Virus record (IMG/VR): IMGVR_UViG_3300044624_000801
Span: 2,924-66,923 of that record
From: a virus
Length of the DNA stretch: 64,000 nucleotides
Direction: 5' to 3' (one strand)
Both the position numbers and the translations under genes were made by a program. Every line of letters begins with the position of its first letter. Position 1 is the first letter of the stretch. Below are positions 18,745-30,700 of this stretch, piece by piece. Under the pieces are notes generated by a model. That model was not told the DNA's origin. It ran no database searches and saw only the letters and a program-made list of their open reading frames with translations.

Positions 18745-21700
18745 GTGGCCAAACACCGGGCGCTGACTTTATAAAATTAGCGATATTGTTGGTGCTATCC
18801 ACTAAACTGGTGTCAAGATCACTCCACATTTTTCCAATCTTTTTCACAACTACAATCTTGGTATCATCGGGCGGAGTTGTTGTGAGTCTTACTGTAGAAG
18901 TTTCACCGTCAACACTGAATTCTGATTCATATTGTACATCGCCTTCGGGACTTTCTAAATGCACCGTGATATCATGCAGTTTATAAGGAACTTTCTTCAA
19001 GCGATATCCAGCCACAAAAACTTCAATTTGATCACATTGACCAAAATTTGACGGAATAGTGTTTCTATACCAAGGAGTATATACAGTACTGCCGTCATCA
19101 ATAGTTGCCGGTGTTGCCTCTGGAACAAAGTTAGTGTGCAGTACATTACTGCTGTCAGTTGAAACAAAAGTTTCTATTACTAGTTCGTCCTTGTACGGAA
19201 TAGTTTCTGAAATACCAATATTGATAATATCTGTACCAGAACGATGCACAGTAGGTACACCTGTACCTAATGTACCTCTTCGCAATCTACTTAACACGTT
19301 GCCAGTTTTAGCAAAATATTCGATACGTTCACCGTTGATATACACAATACCTGGTAAATTTCCTTCAGGATTAGGATCGTCTAGTACACTAGCGTTGTCA
19401 ACTGTTATGCCTATGTCTGTTTGATTTAGATCATTTACAATAAACGTTTGCTTATTTTTATTCAATCGTTTGTAGTGTGTTCTATTCAGCATGTCTTTGA
19501 ACTGCATATAAGAGTATTGTTCTGTTACAGCAGTTGGATTATATCCTATCACTGACAATTTGTCATTAGGTAATACATCTTTAACTTCTATTGTTCTGCG
19601 ATCTGCTAACAATTTCCAGTCAACGCTGTGTGTTAACAAATTACCATTTTTAATTACCCAAACAAAATCATCAGACACAGTTGTCCTGTCTAAAACAAAT
19701 AGTCCTCTTTCTTTATTTCTAAAAGTAAAATAATCAACTGTACCTGCAGTCAAACTGATTGCCGATGTAATAGTATCCGACTTACGTTGAATATCCATAA
19801 CGTCGTGATTGTAAAAACTAACAATTTCAAATTCAGTTCCCGCTGGCCATACTGTGTTGACAAATTGAATAGTGCTGGCAGTCATTTTGTATTCTGCATC
19901 AGTATCAACTACTACAATTAATTTTCCGTTGTCAATATATTTACTACTGGTCAACACAACACTCACTGTGCCAAAATCAAAAATGTATTCACTACCAACA
20001 ATCAATTGTACTCCATTTAGATATACTTTTAAATTAATTGGGGCAAAAGAATACGGTGCAAATTTATGCTGTGGTAACGAATAAATTAAATTGTTGTTAG
20101 TCAGTGTAAAATATTCAGCACTAGATGATCGTAAAATTGTTTGTCCAGTACGTACTATAACATTATTTTCATATATGTCATTGAATCCCACAACGTTTGT
20201 TAAAGAATATACAGTTGTAGATCCGTCTGTAACAATAGTTTCAGATTTAACTACGCTTGTTTTTTGTAATTCTGTAGAGTCATCACTAAAAAATTGTCGC
20301 TGAATTAGATAATTTACAATACTGCCAGATGGTGGTGGTGAAACAAATCTTATTCCAACTCGATAAGCACTTTGGTATGTGATATCAGTTTGAAATAAAT
20401 CATAGTTTAATAAATCGCCGTTGACCAATACTATAGATGTAGCGCCAGCAATCCAACTAGTATTGGTAATAAATTCCATTGTACTACCATCTCCTACAAA
20501 ATAATCAAGATCTAAAATGCCTTCGCCATTGAATGAGAAACTAGATACGGCTACATCTGAATCCAGTACAGGAGGTACAGTAAACACTACATTTGAATTT
20601 TGCCAATCAACAGTATAATCAATGCTTTGTTCTTTGACGATGCCGTTGACTAATACTGTAATTGCCTGTTTAGAATTAGCATATTGTTTTAAACTAAAGT
20701 TTACATTAGTGCCATTGCCTTTGTAGTTGTTCCATTTAATTTTGGCACTGCCATCTCTGCTCATTGCATAAACTTTGATAGCCACTGCATCTAAAATTTG
20801 TCCAGGGACTAATTCTTCAGGACCATGGCTGGTATCAGGAGTAACAAAATTATCACCATCTAATATAATATCATCAGGTGCAATACCAGTAGCGGTAGTG
20901 TACGCTAAGTTTCCGCCTTGTAAAATAGTATCATATTCATTTTCATTAGGTAAGAAACTGCCGTCGCTTGTGCTCTTACGGAAAATAATCTTGTCCCCAT
21001 CGTTGATGTTTAATGGATACGGATCTGTTAGATTAGGTAAATCTATAACATTTGTTATTCCGTCTCCAATAAAGGTAGACATTACTACCCAATCTTGTGC
21101 TAATTTTCTACCGTTGGGTTGAATAGTTGAGCCATCATATAGATCAAAATATGGATCATCTATACGTAAACCATTTACATAGATGTTGATTTCTTGACCC
21201 AGTGTTGGGGTGTAAGGCAGAGTGAATACATAGGTGCTGTCGCCAACGGTTACTATATAATCATCAAAAGCAGCATCAAAGCCGTCCCACTGATCAGAAA
21301 ACCAAGGCAGTGCATCCCATCCTGCACCGGCACCAAATCCTAAACCAGTAACATTGACGCCGCCGTAATCAACACCTACTAAAAGTTGTCCAAGGTCGTT
21401 GCCTAACTGTCCTGTTGTAGGATTGTAAAAGAAATTAATTCTATCTGCCGCAGATAATAATGTAACATCTTTATAATAATTTACTGAAACTGTTTCTCCA
21501 ATGGCTGGGGCTTCATCCAAAGTAAGAACACTGTAATATGCAGTATATCCTCTAGTCACTGAAGATTTTTTAGTTATTGTATAATTTTCTCTCAGAATTT
21601 CTTGGCCTGCTACAGTTATTGTAGATTTACCAACTTTAACATCAGCGGGCCACTTTAATATAAACTGTTTTAAACTTCCAGATCCAGTAAATGTTTCAGT

Positions 21701-24700
21701 TTCTGTAAGTTCGGTGATATAATAATTTTTACTAGTTCTGTCAAACTTTACAGACACATGCATAGATCGTACAACTTCACTTTCTATAATAGCAACTGCT
21801 TGTGCAGCAACTCCGTTTTCAGCAAGGCCGCCATCTAATATCACTGTAGGCGCTGACAAGTAACCTGTACCAGGATTAATAATTTTAATTCTGTTTACTT
21901 TTCCGTTGGCAATAAATGCTGATGCAACTGCTCCAGTGCCGTTACCAGAAATTCTTACCACAGGTGGAATAACATAGCCGCTGCCACCGTTGACAATTTC
22001 TATAGATTTAATTTTAAATCCAACATTGTCGTACCAGTTTTTCCAAGGATATTCTAACACTTGAGAACTGTTATAAATTACAGTGTTATCAATATATCTA
22101 ACATTTATTGGTTCAATTTTTCCTTCGCTGTTATATACTTGAGGCAAATCAAAATCTGAAATCATTGACGGTGCACCATCTACTTTACTGTATGCACTGA
22201 TATATTCTCGAACTTTGGTTCTGTAAGGTTTAACTTCGTTAATATAATCTTCATAATTTTCAAGATTATCATTGTTGTAGTTTACTTTTTGCTTTAGTTC
22301 TCCAGCATTGTGTGTTGCTTTAATAAAACTAGTTTTCATTAGCCAGTCAAGATACGACTGTTCACTGAGTGCATATCTAAACCCAACAAATAATAAATCT
22401 AACCAGTATTGTCTATAGTTGTCAACGAATATCTTGTTCTTTAAAGTTTCTAAAATAATGCGTAATTCGATTGTGGCTGAATTGTCATAACTGTTATTGT
22501 CATATAATCCTCCATCGAAAGTCAGTAGACTGTTTGTTAGTTTATAAAGACTAGAACTAAATTCTATTGTGCCGCGTTGACGACCAATAACTTTATAACT
22601 CTGAGTATAATCTTGACTGTTTACCTGTGCATATTTTTCTAACAATAGCCAGCCACCAGTCCCAACGTTGAAAACTTTGACAGTCTCACCTATGTTTGAC
22701 TGTATCAATGGAATTTGATAAGTGTAATTTACACTGTAATCTATTTGAGTAAACTGATTGTATCCTTCAGCAAACCAATCAATATAATTCCAGAAATTAG
22801 TTACATCGTAACTTTGACTTTTTACACGACTCCAAGTTAGAGATCCAGTGTCATAAGCATATACACTCCATCTGTTTAGTGCTTGACTATCTGACGTAAC
22901 CAACACACTGTAAGGTCGCACTGACAGTGTAGTAGATGCCGTATAACCTATGCCACTGTTCAACACAGTCACTCCTGTTATTCTACCTTGTGCATCCAAT
23001 GTAGTTTTTAACGAAGCATCTATACCCTTGCCTGAAATTTTTACATACGGGGCATTAGTATATCCAATTCCAGAATCTATCACTGTGGCACCTATAATTT
23101 TTCCGTCAACAATGATAGGCGTCAGTCTAGCAGACCGTAATCCGTTTGTAGATATAAATCTAATTTCTGCATCAGTGTCTAATACTCTGTCGTATACTCC
23201 TCTGGATGCTGCAGGAATATTTTCTGCTTGTTGTAAATCTGTTAGATCAAAATCATCAACCACTAATAAATTCTGTAGTATGCTGTTGGTACGTTCAATA
23301 ACTTGTTTTAATGCTTCGTATCTATAGACAAACATACTTTGTCTTGGTCTAAATTCAATTCCATATTTTTTCTTAACTGGTAAATTGATATCTGGCACAA
23401 GTCTATCATTTTTGTCTTTTCCGACAAGACTGTCAATCCATTTATTTTCAATAGCAGCCGGCACAATGCAGTCTGCATCTTGTCGTATTAACTTCCACTG
23501 ACTGTGAATGTTTACAGTATCATTGGGTACTAGCCAATACTGTACATTTAATTTAACACTGTCTGCAGACAACAGATTTTTGCAATTAAACAAATGAATA
23601 CTATTTGCCGAACCGAATGCTACAAATTTGTAATTTTGAGATTTTGGATCAGAGATCAATCGACTTACGGCTAATGCAGAAAGTGTTCGACCCTCTATAT
23701 TTGCAGGAATAGTAGTTTTGTTTTTTACCCAAAAGTAATAACTGGTTTTGAAATTTTTAGTTTGCGTGTCATATCTACGCTTTGTGCTGACAATGTTATC
23801 ACCATATCTGGCTTGGCCACTAATTCCTTGCGCCAATCCTTCTTCAGTATCTGCAAGTTCATTCCATCGCGAAGGAGTAAATTTACTTTTTACCCATTCA
23901 AACACATCTATGCTGGCAGTTTCATACAGCGTGTTCCAGGTGGTATTTCTATATGCAACATCACTGTCGTAATGATCTAGAAACTTTGCACGAGTCAGAT
24001 CCCACCACAATGTGCCTACAAATTTATCAGTCCAATTGGCGCCATCATCTACTATTACACTGTCAATACCTGTGCTGTAAGTTGCAGGATCGTAATATGT
24101 TTTGTACTTTATTTCTTGATCTGCAACTCCTGCAATTTTTCCCCTAATAGGATCAATAGTATCAATATAACTGATTAATTGATTAGTATCAGCATTATAA
24201 AAATATAACTTTTTAATCTTATCAATGTCAACATAGTCCGCTTGCTGATGCAGAATAGACCAACTGTAACTAGTACCTGGACGATTATACAACCATATTG
24301 CACCGGCAGACGGTAAATTATTATAAGTTGCTAACGGCGCAGACACTAGAACATTGTATCTTGATGTTTCTATTACAGAACCATATCCATCATCTTGTAT
24401 TTCTAGATAAGTTTTTAAACTTTCACCATATACATAGTTGTTTAGATATTTGTCATAGATATCAACCCGGCCACTGTCAACGAATGTGTCTGTCAGCGAC
24501 ATGTTGTTTCCGTCGAACGTAGTTGGTGTGGCCAAACTGATATCAAACGTAATTGTTATTGAACTGTCGCCACGTTTGGCAAAAATTGCTAGAGATTTGT
24601 CGTCATCAAAAAATCTCACCGTGCTGCCAAATTGCTCAGCAACTTCTGCATATTTCTTTTTAATAATTTGTAAATCGTCAAATCTATTTAAAGTATTGTT

Positions 24701-27700
24701 GTAATTAAAAACAAACACCGCACCCTGATCTGATGTTTGATCATCATACAATATTGATCCCACTGCCAGTGTACTGCCAGATCGGGTTAATGAAACACTT
24801 TCGCCAAATCGGCACTGTTGGTCTATGTTGAAATCTCTACTGCTGAGAGTATCAATCAATTGAAAAGTGTCTTGGGTATAGGTGTACACAAACACTTTAC
24901 CCTTGTCAATTGCTGTTAAGTCTAAAGGTGTCCATTTATCATAATTGAAATTTCCAGCATTAAAAATTTTAGTAGAATCTTCTATTGCTGTGCTGTCACC
25001 TTCTTCACCATAAGGGCCTGTAAATTGCCAGTATTGACCATTATAAATTACTATTTCGCCAATAAAGTAGGCCATGTCACTACGGTATGGACCTTTGTAT
25101 CCGTCGTAATTGAGATTGTCACTGTGTGGGGCCGACGCAACCAACATTGATCCGTCTGTTGATAGATCAAACTCATAACCAAATTTGTCGCCGGCAAACA
25201 CAGACTCTACATTTTCTGATTGTAGTAAAGTTGTACTGCCATCGTTTATTACTTGTTCATCTATATCCAGTGTTGTTATCAATTTAGGAACAAAACATTG
25301 TATATTTGTGTTGTCTATTTCTTGCCATAAACTAGGATTGTTTTCAAAAGGATCTGTTGGCACTTGTGCAATTGCTTGGTATATCTTGAAATCATAATAC
25401 ACAATGTCACCGACATTATATTCAAATCCTGGATTATGATAACCACGATATGCTCTGTTGTAATCCATGTGCCACTCAAAGCCGCTGTCTACAGATACAT
25501 CGCCGTATCTAAAGAAATACAAGCGACCTTGATTGGCGTTGGTACCGGGGCTGCTAATTACCGCTAGATATTCACCATTGTTTTCTGTGATTTTTATTTT
25601 TGATCCAAACAATTCACTTTGTGCAGGGTACGGACTTACAATAGAGTGATTTAAAATGTAATTTCCAGTATCGTCTCGTTGGTAGATATACACCATACCC
25701 TGATTGGTCAATCCGCTGCCAGTGCCCGACAACTCAGCCTCAATTAATCTTGCTGGCTCCCAGTCGTCAAGAAATTCAGTAATAACAGCACTGTCTGCAC
25801 CTAAATTATACATTGCTCGCCAATGCGATAATCCGCTTTGTACTATTGCACCTTGTGGATAACTTTGTGGAAATTGAAGATTACCAACAAACTTTGTTTT
25901 AACATCCGTAGCAGTAGGTGCACCTACGAACAACCATCTAGCATCTTTACTTAAAGTCACAGATGCTCCAAATCTATTACCTGCTGCAGATAGATTTTGC
26001 AGTTGTTGAATTGTTTGTTTTTGTACCCAATTACCTTCAGGACTTTTTGCAAAAATAAACACAGATTGTAATGCAGTCGAAACTGCCATAGTATTTGCAG
26101 CGTCATCGATAGAAAAACTTGTTCCAAATTTTTGCTGTGCAACAGGCAAACCCTGATCCATTTGGTCTATTGAGAAAACTGAATTATTTTGCCAAACCGT
26201 CCATTTGTTGTTGTTGTCTGTCCACAACAACTCATTTCTTTTTAAATTTTCAGGAAGACGATCATTGGCGTCATCAATGTTGGTTTCTAATCTAGCAGAT
26301 ACAAATTTATAAACCAGTATCTGACTGCTGTCTCCAGCATCGTGAGTACCTTTGTTAGTATTTGTTAATGTTATTTTTCTTCCTACAATTTGAGAAATTT
26401 TGTAGAAACCGTTCAGACTAACAGTATTAGCAATGCCAATGATATCGCCCACTGCAAGATCTGTAAGTTTTGAAAAATCAAGTTGTACTGTTGTAGTAGT
26501 AGTTTCTATTACTTCAACGCTGTTGACTATTTTAGTATATCTATAAACGTTCCAATCTATGCCGTCAAACACTGTCCAAACATAGTCGCCTTCTTTCAAA
26601 GTCACAGACGAGTTTGCAGGCAACAATAAATCTGCCAACGAATCAATATTCAATGCCACATCATTATATCGCACATAGCCGGCATTTCTTAACAATTTCG
26701 AAGATGTTGTTAGTGTTGGCCAGAAATCATATGTAAAGTTTACTGGTTTTAAATATATGTCGTTGATATTTTGTCTAATTATAAAATCAACATTGTCAAC
26801 TGATGTGTTACTAGTCAGTTCAAGGCCTTGTGGATTTGTTTTAAATTGTTCTTCATCTAAAGTAAATTCAATTTCTTCATAGGCGGCACTGCCACCGTAT
26901 TGTCCTACACGAACTGCCCATTCTTCGTCAAGTGTTAAACTTTCTTGAGTAGTTGCACTTAAAACATCAAATAATTTATTGAATACATTTTCTGTACCCT
27001 TTTCAATAATCATGCCTTGATAAAATTTATATTGGCTGACATCGTCTTTGATTATGTTTTCAAGATAGGTACGCTTTTGATATCCAATAAGGTGTTGTGC
27101 AACCTTTTGCTGATTGGTATCAAAATTGTCAGTATTTAAATCGTAGAAATCATTAAACTGTTCGGCCTTGTAATCCCAGTTAGGCAATAGACCTTTTTGA
27201 GGCTTGTCTTCTAATATATTCCAATTGTCGTTGTCGAATTCTAAACTACCCGGAGTAAATTTCTTTGCTGCGTAGTAATATTGTTTATATTGTACAATGT
27301 CTCCTAGATAGTAATCAGTCCAAGATTTCCAAACTTCAACTTTGGCTTCGTCATATATAAATCCTGGAATGTTAAAACCACCATCCCAATTGTTGGAAAG
27401 ATATCCCAACACTTTAATTCTTTCTTGTCTGTATCCAGGTTGTAGATCATAAATCACATCATTAAACTGTGTGATATTATCTAACAACAATACATGTTCT
27501 TTTTGTATGAGATAAAAAGATGCACCATATATTCCTTGCCCAGTATTTTTTGGCGATAATGAGTAGACATTGTCTTCTCTATTAGTGTTGATAAAGTCAG
27601 CAGACAATGGCTGGCCGTCACTTTGTAAAATAGAGTAAGGATAAAATATATCAAAAATATTGTTAATTTGTGCAAGTTCTGTTCGCAAGGAAATTTTCAA

Positions 27701-30700
27701 TGCACTAGGACTCAAACACAATACTGTGCCAACAGTCCAATTCTGTGTTAACCAGAATGCAAACTCTTTAGCACTGGTTTCCCAGTTGGTTATTGTGTTA
27801 AGTGCAGAGTTGAAACTGTCAAAAATAAATCCTAATGTTTCTAAACGTTTACCGTAGCCGATTAGAAAATCTACAACATCTTGATACTCTGTAAATTTTG
27901 TTCCGTACGGTACTCTAGTAATAGAAGTTGCAAAAGACTTTTTAATCACAATGTCTCTGCCGCCAGAGATAGGCAAAGCACTCAGTCTAATAAACTTAGT
28001 TTGATCAAAACTGTCGGTACTGGTGTGTGAAACAGTGCATTTAAAAAATTGATTATTTTCTCTAACAATTGTTTGAATACGATAAACTTGGCCAGCTGAC
28101 CAATTTAGAAACGATTCACTTATACCCCCGATATTCACTACTCGGCCAGCACCTTGAGGTTGATAATAATCAAAATACGGATCATCAAAATTATATCCGC
28201 GGACTTCAAATCCGTCAACAGACTTTTGTATTACTACACCGCTATAATTTATTTTTTGTATTGGCGAGTTAGTGTTTAAGAAAATATCATAATTTTCGTC
28301 AGGCACAAATACATTTGATGTACTAGACGGACTCTTGCTATCTAACAGTAACCTAAATTTTTCTTTACTAGTGAATCCACCTAACTTACTAGTTAATCCG
28401 CATGTGATATTTTTAAGATCATATTTGTAACCATTGTAAATTTCAACATTAACTCCTGTTTGCGAATCTACAATCCAATTGATAATTCCAGCAGTATATG
28501 TTCTATCAGTAGACTGCACAGTTGCCGGCAAAATTATGTCTTTAAATTTTATTCTTAAATTAGTGTCAGCATAAACAAATTGTCCTGTAAGATTTTTTAC
28601 AGTACGTGATCTATCAAGATAAAGGCCTAATGTCTTATTAGGATACATCAACAATGCGGTTTGTATTACTGCAAATGCATAATAACTAGATCGTGACCAT
28701 GCAGTTTCTGTAGGGGCGCTGTCTCCGAACACAAAATCATTGTTAGCGTCAACTTGAATAAATCCAAAAATTGAATTACTCAGCAAGGGGCTTGTCAAGT
28801 TTCCATCCTGATCAACTGGGATTCTTGACAACAACCCGGGTCTTACAAATTTTTCTCGAGTAACTACAGGTGTATTAGGTTCTCTAACATAGCCGTTTTG
28901 CAAATCTTCCCAAAGAATTAAGTTATCCGAAGTATACGGTCTTGGACCGTATACTGATTGCCACCAACTAGGTTCTATACTAAATCCTAAACATTCCCAA
29001 GGATGAGTATGAGGCCTATCAGTGTCTAATAGATATCTGTAAATTCCTCTCCAAAATCCAGGACTGTCTTCCCCGTTAGGCAATTTATTTTGATTGTAAT
29101 TAAAAGTAAAAGGATCTAATCTATCAAAAAAATCATTTACGACAATATTATTATCTATTAATGATGCCCATCGATAAAAACTACCGCTCAAGATATCTAA
29201 AAATTCTTGACGAGAATATTCTGTTGCTCGAGAATACCCTGGAATAATATCATAGATATCTATGATTTCAGAATCATAGTTGACTTTTATATTATTGTAA
29301 ATTCGTTTTTCTAATTCTAATATTAAATCATCTCGGTAATCATTAAATGCCAAAGTTATACTACCGTCGTGACCTTGTATTACTCGAGTAGATTCTAAAT
29401 AGGTGTCATCATTATAAATTTCAGGAACAAATTTTGGATACAGTCCTAACTTAGACGGAGTAGATGGGATAAAACATCCGTCAGTAGAATCATATTCTGC
29501 AATGTCAATTGTATCACCTTCGGCTAAACTTATAAGAATGTTTACAAATCCCTGACTATTGAATTCATAATCTTTTGCAAAAATAAGTTGTTCGCCATTT
29601 AGATATACTAATACAGCATGATTCGACAGCGTCGACATATCAAAATTAAAAGACAAAGGATATGTTGAAATCTCAGAATCTAGTACAGTGAATTGATAAT
29701 TCTGTAAACCGGTATGAGGCACCATATCACTGAGATAATATTTTTCAGTATTAGATTTTGATTTATTAATTTCATTTAATACTAAATCTACAAAGTCTCG
29801 AGGAGTAGTGTCAATGCCGAGATTTTCAGCAGTCATTAAAAAATTTCTTTTGAATTTGCCGTAATCATCTCCCGCAGTATCAATTGCATTTACGGCGTTC
29901 GATGTTCTACTGCCAATATGATACAAACTGTTAACCAAGGGGCCGCTGTGTTGAATGAACCGTGTGCCGTACTGTGCAATTGAACCTAAATCTCGTAAAT
30001 TATTGTTTCCAGGAAATACTCCTTCAAAATTTGTAAGATTGTTGATAATGCTGTCAACATGATTATTAACTTGTCCCAATGTAAAAATGTTGACATTTTC
30101 ATTCAATGGATTGTTTTGTAGACTAACTGGTAACTCATAATATCCGTTGATGTTTTTTGCTTGAGTAGCCAATGTTTTTATCACAATAACATCATTGAGA
30201 TCAGCACTGACATTTAGTACAATGTATTTGAATTTGATACCATCTTCAATTACATATTGTGTATTTGATAATCTGATTCCATTTAGATATACACTGACTC
30301 TTAAATCTGCAAGATCATTTATATCATCATACACATCTATATTAAAATTATTTGTTTGGACTTGACCTTTATAAATTCTAATAACTCTTTGAAAATCGTC
30401 GTAGTAATTTGTTATCCATCCGTTAGTGTAAGTCTCAGTGTCATCTAACACAATTTTTAAATAATTTGTTGACACATCGACTGTTATTAATTCAGCGGCT
30501 TGTTTGTAAGAAAATTTATCTGTTGTATAATTAAAATTAAAAACCACATCTCCAATGTTGTTGATGTTTCTATATGTCAATGGAAATTTTAATACACTAT
30601 CATCAATTCCTGTACCTCGTTGATAGGAAAAAACTTTTGTACCTACAAACGTACTGCCTTCGTATTTGTTAATGTCCGATATACCAACGTTATCGTTGTC